A DNA stretch of 64,000 nt from a virus: positions 11,635-75,634 of IMG/VR virus record IMGVR_UViG_3300020452_000254; one strand, written 5' to 3'. Below the pieces are notes generated by a model. It ran no database searches. It was given only the letters and a program-made list of their open reading frames with translations, and was not told the DNA's origin. Made by a program: the position numbers and the translations under genes. Positions 36,939 to 46,217 of this stretch are shown in pieces. Numbering within the stretch: position 1 is the first letter of the stretch; every line of letters begins with the position of its first letter.

Positions 36939-37252
36939 TTATCACCTTCCTGTTCTTTTCTAATCTTTTTTAACCATTGAGCTCCATCCCTTTCTGCATC
37001 TAGGAATACTGCATTAGTAAAGAACATTGGAATCAATACTCCAACATGAACTATAATACTAGTAACAACATTATATCCTAACCAACCCAAATAATAGGTT
37101 GCAACAAATCCAAAATATACTGACCACATAGTAAACAATACTAAGGTGAAATACATTTGCAGACTTGGGTCTGCTATAAATCTCAGTGGGTTATATCTAT
37201 TGTCCATAACTACTTTCCAGCAATCATAGACCCATGTTAATAATTTCATCAT
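36935..37252 (-). CDS. Hypothetical membrane protein
   Basis: MDNRYNPLRFI.D motif followed by two hydrophobic helices. Confidence 0.7.
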   Translation of the reverse strand: MMKLLTWVYDCWKVVMDNRYNPLRFIADPSLQMYFTLVLFTMWSVYFGFVATYYLGWLGYNVVTSIIVHVGVLIPMFFTNAVFLDAERDGAQWLKKIRKEQEGDK

Positions 37253-37259
37253 ACTTCTA

Positions 37260-37799
37260 TTATACCTTGTTAAACATATATGTCAACCCCATTCTACCTT
37301 CTTGTGCATATGAACTGACAAATCCTGCTTTGTGGTCTATTTGACCATCAAAGATTACTACATTACCACCTATTGGTAATACACATGTACATTTTGGTTT
37401 ATCACCATCATAAAACATAGTTTCACCACCTAAATTATAATTCCAATTTGGGTTCATATAACATATTGCAGTATAATCTGCCCAATCACGATGTATCTGA
37501 GAATTGTCTCCATGTTGAAATAGATTAATATATGCAATTTCTGGGTCTTTGACATGTCCTGTAAATGCTTCTATCTGAGGTTTGATGATTTCCCATAGTG
37601 GTTTCCAACCTTCTTCTATGTTTTCTTTTGGTTTAATACCATGAGGTGCAAACAATAAAGGTTTACCCCATGTTCTAATTTCACTGTCATCATCACTATT
37701 TCCTTGCATCTTTCTAACGAATTCATAGTTCTCTATGAAATCTTCATAGAATGGTGCTGGGTCAAATGCTTGTTCAATAATTTCAATCATCTTTATCAA
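37260..37799 (-). CDS. 2OG-Fe(II) oxygenase
   Basis: HRD...YMNPNW...GGET.F...FDGQIDH...R, giving the HxD/H/R motif. Confidence 0.88.
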   Translation of the reverse strand: MIKMIEIIEQAFDPAPFYEDFIENYEFVRKMQGNSDDDSEIRTWGKPLLFAPHGIKPKENIEEGWKPLWEIIKPQIEAFTGHVKDPEIAYINLFQHGDNSQIHRDWADYTAICYMNPNWNYNLGGETMFYDGDKPKCTCVLPIGGNVVIFDGQIDHKAGFVSSYAQEGRMGLTYMFNKV

Positions 37800-38559
37800 A
37801 AAAATATGTTGCAGCGTATCTAGGTGTTCGAGCTTCCCAACTTACTGATGCAACTTTGTGAAATATATCTCCACGAAATACAACTGCACTACCACCTTTT
37901 GGTGCTGTAGTAGCACGAACAAAATCTACATCGTCATTAAAGAATAGAGTTTCTCCACCCCACTTTCTTAAATCCCAGAACTCTGGTAAATTAAAATAAA
38001 CAATTGCACTGTAGTCCATGTAGTCTTGATGAGCCCAAGTACTATCTCCATGTTGAAATGCATGAATATAACAATTGTTATATGGTTTTAACTTGACACC
38101 TAATGTTTCTTCGAAGTGTGGATGAAACTTATCCCATGCATCATCTACAAGTGAATGTATCTTTGGATGGTGAGAAAAGTATTCTGATTGTATTTCCATA
38201 TGTTCACCATACTTCTCCATAGTTTCTTTATCATAGTCACCTTCTTTATATGCTCTTTTAGCTGCATTTGAAAAATCTTCTGCACTTCTTGATACATTCA
38301 TATACCACGAACTCTTTTCATATGTTCCAGTTATGAATGGACTAAATCCACCACTTTCTCTTAATTGTTTTTGAAACTCTGGGTCTCCACTTCTATCCAT
38401 TACTATTGATGGTGGATTACCACCATATGCTAAGAACCCTTGAATAAATGAACCATGATTGATTACATCAAACATCCAATTCTGAACTATGTTGTCTGGG
38501 ACAACATCATCTATCAAATAGATTTCATCACCCATTATATCAATATGTTTACTTTTCAT
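37783..38559 (-). CDS. 2OG-Fe(II) oxygenase
   Basis: HQD...WGGETLFF...FRGDIFH...RY. Tandem paralogue of the neighbouring gene. Confidence 0.88.
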   Translation of the reverse strand: MKSKHIDIMGDEIYLIDDVVPDNIVQNWMFDVINHGSFIQGFLAYGGNPPSIVMDRSGDPEFQKQLRESGGFSPFITGTYEKSSWYMNVSRSAEDFSNAAKRAYKEGDYDKETMEKYGEHMEIQSEYFSHHPKIHSLVDDAWDKFHPHFEETLGVKLKPYNNCYIHAFQHGDSTWAHQDYMDYSAIVYFNLPEFWDLRKWGGETLFFNDDVDFVRATTAPKGGSAVVFRGDIFHKVASVSWEARTPRYAATYFFDKDD

Positions 38560-38692
38560 TTTTTAATTTTGTTAATTCACTATTAGCTACTAGGGTCATT
38601 ATTCTTATGTATGCATCATGTAACTGTTTTTCTAAATCATTTACATTCTGTCTAAGAACTTTGTTTTCTTCTTTCAATTCTTTTTCTGTCAT
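38549..38692 (-). CDS. Small coiled-coil protein (47 aa)
   Basis: MTEKELKEENKVLRQNVNDLEKQLHDAYIRIMTLVANSELTKLKNEK fills the gap between neighbours; GAGAG RBS. Confidence 0.55.
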   Translation of the reverse strand: MTEKELKEENKVLRQNVNDLEKQLHDAYIRIMTLVANSELTKLKNEK

Positions 38693-38993
38693 TGTCTCTC
38701 TTTCTTAACTGTGCTCGAACAATTACTTTTTCTTTTTCACTCAAACATGAGGTGTCTTGAGGCCCCCATAAAGTTCCAATCCTAGTAAGTTTATCAGATG
38801 CAGATAACATATGATTCCATACATCATCCTCTGGATTACCTTTCCTATCTTTTTCAAAGATTTTTCTACTGAATCGTAGTGATGTTGTTTTATTGTTTTC
38901 TGCATATGCAGAAATTTCACGCCCTAACTCTGCATAGAATAATTCTTGCGGAGTTATATCATAGGGACTTGGTTTTTTACCATGCTGGTTCAT
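38652..38993 (-). CDS. Hypothetical protein
   Basis: ORF with RBS AAGGA, downstream of a class A promoter. Confidence 0.65.
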   Translation of the reverse strand: MNQHGKKPSPYDITPQELFYAELGREISAYAENNKTTSLRFSRKIFEKDRKGNPEDDVWNHMLSASDKLTRIGTLWGPQDTSCLSEKEKVIVRAQLRKRDNDRKRIERRKQSS

Positions 38994-39028
38994 TATATAT
39001 CCTTATCATATTATAAAATATTAAACAC

Positions 39029-39058
39029 ATTATACCAAAATATGTACTTATGAATCAA
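39029..39058 (-). promoter_or_regulatory. Sigma70-type promoter, class A
   Basis: TTGATT-ca-TAAGTACA-n8-TATAAT. Confidence 0.65.
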
Positions 39059-39476
39059 GTGTTTTGTTTGGAAAAAGTGGGATTACATTTCCCATAGATT
39101 TCTGCTTTTCTTCCTTATCATTTTCAAATTCTTCTACTTCTTTTTGAAGTTCTGGTGGTGTGGAATACCCTAAGTCTGTTAAGTAATCTTTTAACACATA
39201 AGGGTCTAACATATCTGCATTCCATTCTTGTTCTGATATAATATCTTGACCATCTTCTTGAATTAAGTTTTGTCTACTTCTTAAATATGTATCACATATC
39301 ATAGACAAGTGTGTTGTTGCTTTATATAATGATAACCAATCTGAATTGATTTGAACTGGGTTATCATGGTCATCTGCAAATGCAATTGCCATTTTGGAAT
39401 ACCACCCATCATCATTGTTAATGATAAGAGCAATATCTCCTCTCTGGAGTTTTAGGATATGTTCCTTGTCTGACAT
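39048..39476 (-). CDS. Hypothetical protein
   Basis: 142-aa ORF coupled to the upstream gene. C-terminal NVIPLFP motif. Confidence 0.65.
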   Translation of the reverse strand: MSDKEHILKLQRGDIALIINNDDGWYSKMAIAFADDHDNPVQINSDWLSLYKATTHLSMICDTYLRSRQNLIQEDGQDIISEQEWNADMLDPYVLKDYLTDLGYSTPPELQKEVEEFENDKEEKQKSMGNVIPLFPNKTLDS

Positions 39477-40594
39477 TAACCTTGCAACTTGAGTTGTTTA
39501 TTTGTCGCCACCATTTGTACACCATCTGTTTTCACATCATCTTTTGAAAAATATGGTGGATTATCTACTTCTGCTGGTGTATCATTGTAATGGTCTATTG
39601 AATAATCTATTTCACCCTGTTTCCAATCATTATTTTCTATGAATGGATGTCCTGTTGGTAATCCGAATACACCACTATCGATGTCTTGAAGAGTCGTTGC
39701 AACCCTTGAACCACCTGTAAAATTGTAACAGTCTTTAAATAGTCTTGGACTTCCTATGACTTTAGCAGTATGAGTAACCCATGTTCCTTGTTTAGATACT
39801 CTTCCATAACCATTTGTAACCAACCATTTTTCTGATGATACTACATCTGCATTTGATGAACCTTTTAAAAATTCTGTTTTATATTTCATTCCAGCACCAG
39901 ATACAACATAGTCATTTGCATGGATGTGTACCATAGGAAAGGTTTCACCTCTTGCACCACATCTTAAAACTATTTCATGTTCGTCTGGTGATACTTGGTC
40001 TGATTCTGAATTAACCTCATGAGCCATATATAAAGACTGTCTTCTTGATGTAGTTGCATCTGGGTTGTATTCATTAGTAAATGATTTTTTGTAATCAGAT
40101 GCATTCTTCCATGAAGTAGTTTTTTCTACTGTATCAAAATCATCTGTGGATGAAACAACTGTACTTCCATTTTTAAATACAAAAGGATGAGAGTAAACAT
40201 CTAAACCAGAGTTTCCTATCCAACAAACACCATCCCAATCTATATTAACTGAATCAGAGGTGTCTTTACCCTTTGTGACTGGATATACAACCATCAATCC
40301 ACCATCAACATTTGTCTCACCTGTAACATTTATTCCAGATGGAATATTTGATTCACCATGATGACCTCGTTGATTATCAATCAAATACATGGTATCCATG
40401 TGAGTGTTATCTTGTATCTTACCACTTCTAACTACAACATTATCATACAATCCTTTCCAGAATGTTTTAAATTGTGTTGAAGAGCATGGTGAAGGATGAC
40501 CACTGTTGATTGTATAAGTTACTTTTGATTGAACTTCAAAAGAGTCGTCTGCTACCCAAGATGGAATAGTTTGTGATTGTGCATCGTTTGCCAT
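39476..40594 (-). CDS. Hypothetical protein, possibly virion-associated
   Basis: 372-aa, S/T/G/D-rich ORF in a run of genes following a late promoter. Confidence 0.65.
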   Translation of the reverse strand: MANDAQSQTIPSWVADDSFEVQSKVTYTINSGHPSPCSSTQFKTFWKGLYDNVVVRSGKIQDNTHMDTMYLIDNQRGHHGESNIPSGINVTGETNVDGGLMVVYPVTKGKDTSDSVNIDWDGVCWIGNSGLDVYSHPFVFKNGSTVVSSTDDFDTVEKTTSWKNASDYKKSFTNEYNPDATTSRRQSLYMAHEVNSESDQVSPDEHEIVLRCGARGETFPMVHIHANDYVVSGAGMKYKTEFLKGSSNADVVSSEKWLVTNGYGRVSKQGTWVTHTAKVIGSPRLFKDCYNFTGGSRVATTLQDIDSGVFGLPTGHPFIENNDWKQGEIDYSIDHYNDTPAEVDNPPYFSKDDVKTDGVQMVATNKQLKLQG

Positions 40595-40595
40595 G

Positions 40596-41012
40596 TTATC
40601 CTCTTGTTACTTTTTTAACCCTTTCAATTTGTTGAGTAATAATTGCTTTTCTGTTAGGCCAGTAAATATACTCTTTGTCCTCATTTTCCATGAGTTTATG
40701 CAAAAGTGGTAATATGAGTTCTTCTGCATCTGCAAGATTTGATTTCAATTTTGATACTGCAACATCTGTAGAACTACCCATAGATGTTTTTGCTTCATCC
40801 AACTCATCCAATGCACTAGATACCAATTTAGTAAGTACATCTACTTTACTATCTAGATTATCTATTTGTTTTGAATTTACTGCACCCTTAGATGACTCTG
40901 CAACTTTCTTAAGGTCTTCTGCAATCTTCTCATTAAGAGCTGCAGATTCTCCAGTTTTAGTTGTGAGTTCATCTTGGTCTACAGCTGTGAAACCAAAATC
41001 GAAATTACTCAT
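40596..41012 (-). CDS. Conserved hypothetical coiled-coil protein
   Basis: FDFGFTAVD N-terminus and ILPLL..L...DKEYIYWPNR motif. Confidence 0.75.
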   Translation of the reverse strand: MSNFDFGFTAVDQDELTTKTGESAALNEKIAEDLKKVAESSKGAVNSKQIDNLDSKVDVLTKLVSSALDELDEAKTSMGSSTDVAVSKLKSNLADAEELILPLLHKLMENEDKEYIYWPNRKAIITQQIERVKKVTRG

Positions 41013-41326
41013 TACTTCTTACCTTTACTTCTTTTAAGTTTTTCTCTTGCATCAACAACTGGTTCAACAGTTTCGTTACTTTCTGTTTTACCACCATCAA
41101 GAGTCATTTCTTCTTGAACTGGTTGTTGTGCAGCCTGTTGTCTGAGTTGTGCTTGTGTTTGACTTTCTGCAATTATGATTTCTCTTAATCTTCCGATTGT
41201 TGAGAACTCCTCTGCTTTAAAAGTTCCACGACTTGCAGCTGTATCAATAACTGCAACCATTTGTGCCAACTCTTTCAAACCCAAAATTTGAGTTTGCATC
41301 AAATCAACTGATTCTACATTTTCCAT
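41012..41326 (-). CDS. Hypothetical protein
   Basis: VIDTAASRGTFKAEE motif. RBS GGAG. Confidence 0.7.
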   Translation of the reverse strand: MENVESVDLMQTQILGLKELAQMVAVIDTAASRGTFKAEEFSTIGRLREIIIAESQTQAQLRQQAAQQPVQEEMTLDGGKTESNETVEPVVDAREKLKRSKGKK

Positions 41327-41351
41327 AATATCTCCATAATATTTTGTCCAA

Positions 41352-41663
41352 CTAATCTAAAGGATTAGATGGAAATCTTTTTACTGTTGTTGGAATAGAA
41401 CCACTCCATCCATCAACCTGTTTTACTACTGGTTCTTCTGAGTTCCAAGTACAAACAATATCTGTACCTGGCTTGAACCATTTGTTAAAATCATGATTGT
41501 AAATCATTTCATGAATGTCTCCACTCATAGGGTCTATAATTTTTAACAATCCCATTACTGGGTCATAATGACGAACTTCTGCAATTCTACTTACACCATT
41601 ATCAGTATAAGTTATTGCTCTTTCTTCATCAGTTAATCCCAATTTGTTTATTGACTTTTCCAT
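41352..41663 (-). CDS. Hypothetical protein
   Basis: Starts 5 nt after the late promoter at 41669-41676. Confidence 0.65.
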   Translation of the reverse strand: MEKSINKLGLTDEERAITYTDNGVSRIAEVRHYDPVMGLLKIIDPMSGDIHEMIYNHDFNKWFKPGTDIVCTWNSEEPVVKQVDGWSGSIPTTVKRFPSNPLD

Positions 41664-41668
41664 AGTAG

Positions 41669-41676
41669 TATTTATA
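41669..41676 (-). promoter_or_regulatory. Late promoter TATAAATA
   Basis: Exact consensus in a short intergenic gap. Confidence 0.7.
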
Positions 41677-41683
41677 TCAATAC

Positions 41684-42346
41684 TTACTTTGGAGTGAGGT
41701 CAAAACCTGCTAATTCTGCAATTTCTTTTGTCACTGATTTGAATGGCATAGTCTTATCTTTAATTGCAAGTAAGAACTCTGCTTCAGATTTTTCTAGTGA
41801 CCTTAAAGTGTTTAAGAATATCTCTTCTTGTTTTGATGATTTACTTGTACTATTTGCAAGTCCACCTTTAACCCAATACTGCATTCTTTTAAATACACGA
41901 ATGAATCTTTCTGGTGCCATATCCATTGCACCTTCTGGGGTGTCTGGGTCTCCAATAACAACATTAGAAGGTAATCCTTCTGGTAAAGTAAACTGAACTC
42001 TTTCGTCAAATGCAGCTTTCATTGCATATTTAACATCGTTCCTACCAACATATTCTTTTAGAATATCAACCTTTGCTTGTTTACCTTTAGTTTCTTCTAC
42101 TAATGCAAGTATTTCTACAACACTTGGATTTCTTGGAAGTTTTCTTGGTGTCCACTTAGGTTTTTCTTCAACAGGCCCTTTCAGAACTGTTTTCTGTGTT
42201 TCACCTAGAGATTCAATTACTGGTGAACCATTTGCATCAACACCAATATCTTCTTCTTTGATTCCATTAGAACTTGTGTCTAATGTCTCTAGAGTTTTCT
42301 TATTGAGAGAACCTTTAGGTCTCCCTCTTCCTCTTTTTTCTGCCAT
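41684..42346 (-). CDS. Conserved hypothetical protein with N-terminal AT-hook
   Basis: KRGRGRPKGS, LPEG and EEIFLNTL.SL...EAEFLLAIKDK motifs. Follows rnh, as in marine T4-like phages. Confidence 0.7.
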   Translation of the reverse strand: MAEKRGRGRPKGSLNKKTLETLDTSSNGIKEEDIGVDANGSPVIESLGETQKTVLKGPVEEKPKWTPRKLPRNPSVVEILALVEETKGKQAKVDILKEYVGRNDVKYAMKAAFDERVQFTLPEGLPSNVVIGDPDTPEGAMDMAPERFIRVFKRMQYWVKGGLANSTSKSSKQEEIFLNTLRSLEKSEAEFLLAIKDKTMPFKSVTKEIAELAGFDLTPK

Positions 42347-42348
42347 AA

Positions 42349-43194
42349 TTAAAAGTCTCCGATACTTTCTTCTAAATCCATCAATCTGTTTTTAATAAAG
42401 TAGTTAAGTAATCCACCTCTGGATGCAACTTTTACATTATCAAATTCATGAAGGATTTGATTTTTATACTCATTAGGTATATAGGTCAAGTCAATAAGAC
42501 TCCTATTCCTTTGTAAGTTTCTATCTATCTCATCATCATTTGCAACTAATGGGTCTTTGATAATCTCCCTTTTCTTTTTAGATAGGGGTCTTTGTCTAAT
42601 ACCCTCGACAAAACAATCGTCTTGAGATAGAACATTAGGAATACCATCACCAGTATCACCACTTATAATGTGGTCAACAAGATACTCTTCTGATTGTTCC
42701 TGTGTTAGTTTTATGTTCTTCTTAGTTATAGGTGAGTATTGTTTTACTTTACTATATCTTTGAAGTTGTTGAAAGTCTTTATCTCCACTAACAATCATGA
42801 TGTTTTCAGTATTACCATATTTCTCACATAGAGTTCCTATGATATCATCTGCTTCACATCTTGATATGTTTATATATTTATAAGGGAAATTTTCTTTTAA
42901 TTCTTGTCTAATGACACTTATGCAATCGAATATGAGACCCCAGTCTTTTGAGTCTGAGTCTCTTCCTTTCTTACGATTTGCTTTGTAGTATGGATATATG
43001 TCTTTTCTCCAAACATGCATAGAGTCATCTGCAAGGACTAACTCTCCATAAGTCTTGTTATACTTCTTACGATACATTGCAAGGGACTTCAATGCAATAT
43101 GTCTTACTAGGGGTTCATCAATGGGTTCACTTCCACCTCTGGTCTGTGCCATGAGAGATGCAATTAGAACCTGTGTTAGGTCAATTAAAATCAT
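42349..43194 (-). CDS. rnh: T4-type RNase H (5'-3' exonuclease)
   Basis: MILID, WRK..YPYYKANRKK, EADDIIG, SGDKDFQQL and GDTGDGIPNVLS motifs. Confidence 0.95.
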   Translation of the reverse strand: MILIDLTQVLIASLMAQTRGGSEPIDEPLVRHIALKSLAMYRKKYNKTYGELVLADDSMHVWRKDIYPYYKANRKKGRDSDSKDWGLIFDCISVIRQELKENFPYKYINISRCEADDIIGTLCEKYGNTENIMIVSGDKDFQQLQRYSKVKQYSPITKKNIKLTQEQSEEYLVDHIISGDTGDGIPNVLSQDDCFVEGIRQRPLSKKKREIIKDPLVANDDEIDRNLQRNRSLIDLTYIPNEYKNQILHEFDNVKVASRGGLLNYFIKNRLMDLEESIGDF

Positions 43195-44297
43195 TCAGTT
43201 CTCAATAATATAGTGTGTTCGTTTATTCTTCCTGTAGGTTTAGATGATTTTGTATTTACTTCATCTAATACTTTACTTAATACTATTTTACCACCTTCTT
43301 GGATTCTGTCAAGGAAATGTTCTGTTTTATTTCCTATTTTTTTCATAGAAGATAGTTTGTTAAACTTTTGGATAGTTGTTCCTTTTACTGCAAGACCCAT
43401 TCTATCCTCTGCAACGAATTGAGTAATCTCTTTGGTCTTAGTATTGAATGTCCATAGTTGCATTGCACCCACGATGTTCTCTGGGTTAAGTGATGTAATG
43501 TGATACTCTGTATCTGTTATCTTGTAGTTTAGGTTCTTTGTTTGTTCTGTTGCAGAATAAACTTTTTTCCTTCTTTTCTTTCTCTGTTTCTTTTGACCTT
43601 CTGCATACTTATCACAATTATTAATGATATCACTTACAAACTTATGAAAGTCTTTTAGTCCCTTCTTATTAAGATATGAGTATGCTTCTTTAAGTTGTGG
43701 ACAATCACCTGTTAATGCTTCCTCTAATTCCTTTTGCATTAAATGGAATTGATTACCAACTTGAATTGCAACTGGGCCAGAGACTTGTTCTTCTGTTAGA
43801 TATGCAAAGGTATCAAACTTATGTTTAGGATTATCTATCCACTCATCTAATTGTCCTTCTATCTCTCCAGCATAGTCCCAAGACTTTTCTAAAATTCTTT
43901 GTTGAATAGATTTTGTTGGGTTCTTTTTCTTTTCTTCTGCTTTGAGTTCTTTGAGTGAGTCAATGTCCTTACAACATTTGTCTACATGTTCTTTTATAAA
44001 TGCAGTTGATTTTGGGTCTAGAAGATTGTCTTCAAAAACACAAGGTACACTTCTACTTTGCATTCTTGCAAGTGCAGCTGCAGTTCTAGGAACATAGGAA
44101 AGTCTTTTGATACCTTTCCAGTATTTCTCTTCGTACCCTTGTTCTGACATCCATAATGACAACCATTCACCACATGACTTATTATCACTCATGTAGTTAT
44201 ACCAATTGAGACATCTAGATTTGTCTCTGGTATCCTCTTTATGAGGTTCACTACCATAATAGATTTCATCAAGAGATTTTTGTTTTCTCTTACCCAT
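43191..44297 (-). CDS. Conserved hypothetical protein
   Basis: LNWYNY, IVGA..LWTFNTK, VKGTTI and TGRINE..ILLR motifs seen in T4-like phages. Confidence 0.75.
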   Translation of the reverse strand: MGKRKQKSLDEIYYGSEPHKEDTRDKSRCLNWYNYMSDNKSCGEWLSLWMSEQGYEEKYWKGIKRLSYVPRTAAALARMQSRSVPCVFEDNLLDPKSTAFIKEHVDKCCKDIDSLKELKAEEKKKNPTKSIQQRILEKSWDYAGEIEGQLDEWIDNPKHKFDTFAYLTEEQVSGPVAIQVGNQFHLMQKELEEALTGDCPQLKEAYSYLNKKGLKDFHKFVSDIINNCDKYAEGQKKQRKKRRKKVYSATEQTKNLNYKITDTEYHITSLNPENIVGAMQLWTFNTKTKEITQFVAEDRMGLAVKGTTIQKFNKLSSMKKIGNKTEHFLDRIQEGGKIVLSKVLDEVNTKSSKPTGRINEHTILLRTE

Positions 44298-44323
44298 GTT
44301 AATTACTTATAATAATTTGGTTT

Positions 44324-44464
44324 TTAAGTGTTATCTTTGTCACTATATTTAACATCATATTTATCATATGGTCGTCTTTTCTTCTGTTCAGATACTATTA
44401 CACTTGACATATATGCAAAGACACCTGCGATGATAGTAATGACGACAGCAAAGATAGTGTTCAT
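44324..44464 (-). CDS. Small membrane protein (46 aa)
   Basis: MNTIFAVVITIIAGVFAYMSSVIVSEQKKRR..., with TAATG coupling. Confidence 0.55.
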   Translation of the reverse strand: MNTIFAVVITIIAGVFAYMSSVIVSEQKKRRPYDKYDVKYSDKDNT

Positions 44465-44787
44465 TATTTCCCAATCCATTCTACTTCCTTTCTTGGTATT
44501 ACTTGATATGCACCCTTGTTATATGCTGGTGCAACTGTGAACTTCTTAGACTCTTCCTGTTTCCAAGATACATCTTTTTGAGGTGTATAGTCTACTTTTG
44601 ATTTATAAGAAGGATACTTCTTCCTATGTTCTTCTATTTCTTTTATTCTGTTACTTTGAGTACTATTAGTTTTCAAAGGTTCGTATGACATAGTATGACA
44701 CTTTTTCTTTGTTTTTAAACTCTTAGTCTTTCTTTTACGACCTGTCATGTCATACCTAAGACTGTTACCTAAATTTATTGTACCCAT
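44464..44787 (-). CDS. Basic hypothetical protein
   Basis: SLRYDMTGRKRK and FTVAPAYNKGAYQVI motifs. Confidence 0.7.
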   Translation of the reverse strand: MGTINLGNSLRYDMTGRKRKTKSLKTKKKCHTMSYEPLKTNSTQSNRIKEIEEHRKKYPSYKSKVDYTPQKDVSWKQEESKKFTVAPAYNKGAYQVIPRKEVEWIGK

Positions 44788-45125
44788 AATTCTAATAAAT
44801 TCCTTACTAAAAATAAAAGACCAGCACCATTCAAAAGAATCAATGCCCTATCTCTCCAAATAACTGATACCCACAACCATAAAGATACTCCAATAATTGA
44901 AAATATCAAATCTGTTTCTTGATACTCTGGAATACCTCGTAATGACATTGCACCCAATACAAATGAGGATGCAATCCACTTAACATACCAGTCAATGGTA
45001 TACTTTGGTGTTGCAGATTTAGAAATCCTTGTGGAGTTTTCTAATTCATGTTTAGTAAAACTACTAGACTGTTTCTTTGCTTTTTCTTTGAGACTCAGCA
45101 ACTTGTCTTTTAAGTTCTTTTTCAA
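44775..45125 (-). CDS. Hypothetical membrane protein
   Basis: DWYVKWIAS...W.WVSVIWRDRALILLNG, with three hydrophobic helices. Start codon uncertain. Confidence 0.65.
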   Translation of the reverse strand: MKKNLKDKLLSLKEKAKKQSSSFTKHELENSTRISKSATPKYTIDWYVKWIASSFVLGAMSLRGIPEYQETDLIFSIIGVSLWLWVSVIWRDRALILLNGAGLLFLVRNLLELWVQ

Positions 45126-45185
45126 ATTTTTTCCACTCCTTATTATCTTTTACGAATCTTGTTCTTTGTTGTTGTTGGGGTTGAC

Positions 45186-45338
45186 TCATCTTCCTTGTCC
45201 CTTATATTTTTTATGAGACCTCTTTTTTGATTTGTTCATTGTAGACATAGATATTTTTGTTCTTCTACCTCTACCACCATGTCCAATACTACTAGACTTT
45301 CTACTTGGGGCTATTGTTGTTTTTCTTAAACTTCTCAT
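45186..45338 (-). CDS. Small very basic protein (50 aa)
   Basis: MRSLRKTTIAPSRKSSSIGHGGRGRRTKISMSTMNKSKKRSHKKYKGQGR, with RBS AAGGA. Confidence 0.65.
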   Translation of the reverse strand: MRSLRKTTIAPSRKSSSIGHGGRGRRTKISMSTMNKSKKRSHKKYKGQGR

Positions 45339-45361
45339 TTTCCTTGTTGTTATTCTCTCGT

Positions 45362-45466
45362 TAAAAAGGTGAAGAGACTACGATGATGGGGAAGGAGAGA
45401 GCAAACCCTAATCATCAGCACCTTTTGGAATAATCCAATATACAACTGCTATGTTGTAGTCTCTTC
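45362..45466 (-). ncRNA. Candidate structured, possibly bistable, RNA element with an anti-Shine-Dalgarno loop
   Basis: 11-bp stem GAAGAGACTAC/GTAGTCTCTTC, inner stems, loop CTCTCTCCTTC and a 3' U-tract. Confidence 0.55.
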
Positions 45467-45473
45467 GTAACTG

Positions 45474-45653
45474 TTAATTCTTGAAGTCTTGTAGAAACTC
45501 TTTATAAGTTTCTGCATTACTGTCGTAAATTGACATGACTTCATCAAAGCATGGATGTGAATCATCACACTTGTAACCCATTGCATTGATTTCTTTTATT
45601 CTGGTATCTTTCCACTCTTGTGTTTTGAAACCATTTGTAATATTATTTGTCAT
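45474..45653 (-). CDS. Hypothetical protein (59 aa)
   Basis: MTNNITNGFKTQEWKDTRIKEIN... begins right after a class A promoter and may be leaderless. Confidence 0.55.
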   Translation of the reverse strand: MTNNITNGFKTQEWKDTRIKEINAMGYKCDDSHPCFDEVMSIYDSNAETYKEFLQDFKN

Positions 45654-45659
45654 AATTGT

Positions 45660-45689
45660 ATTCTACTATAACTTGTACCTATCTGTCAA
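45660..45689 (-). promoter_or_regulatory. Sigma70-type promoter, class A
   Basis: TTGACA-ga-TAGGTACA-n8-TAGAAT. Confidence 0.7.
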
Positions 45690-45873
45690 GTTTTATAAAT
45701 CTCCTTCTTGATTTAGAAAACAACTTAGAAGGTTTCTTGTAAAAGATTTCTTCCTTTGTTCCTGTTTTAATGTAACCTACATTCAGATTCTTTTCATTGA
45801 ATATGTAAGTATGATTTGGGACATTGCAACTGCAATCACTCCAGTCTGTTATTTCTTTTAAATATGTGTACAT
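45679..45873 (-). CDS. Hypothetical protein
   Basis: LKEITDW..PNHTY and FSKSRRRF motifs. Confidence 0.65.
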   Translation of the reverse strand: MYTYLKEITDWSDCSCNVPNHTYIFNEKNLNVGYIKTGTKEEIFYKKPSKLFSKSRRRFIKLDR

Positions 45874-46217
45874 ATTTTACTTACCTTTTCGTGTAATTGT
45901 TTTTCAAATGCTTTTGCTTCTCGTTCATATGGATATTCACCATTGAGGAATTGTTTAACATGAATCATTTCATGTGCAAGAGTTTGATATATATCTTCTT
46001 GGTCTCTTGTTAGTTCAATTACAATTCCATCATCTAGGTTTCCATAACAACATCCTAACCAATCATGATAATCTTTTGGAAAATTATTATAGACTACAAC
46101 ATCAATCTCTGCATTTGTAATCTCTAATACTTGACATGCAACATCAACATAATTTATAATTTGTTCTTCGTCTTTGAGTTGACCACCACGAGGGCCTTCA
46201 CAATAAATCACTACCAC
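45858..46217 (-). CDS. Putative zinc metallopeptidase (HExxH)
   Basis: TLAHEMIHVKQF...PYEREA. Confidence 0.7.
   Translation of the reverse strand: MVVIYCEGPRGGQLKDEEQIINYVDVACQVLEITNAEIDVVVYNNFPKDYHDWLGCCYGNLDDGIVIELTRDQEDIYQTLAHEMIHVKQFLNGEYPYEREAKAFEKQLHEKVSKICTHI

Noticed and set aside
45412-45418. CTGATGA (minus strand) as a hammerhead ribozyme core; likewise CTGAAGA near 25630
   Set aside because: There is no stem II followed by GAAA and no cleavage-site arrangement.
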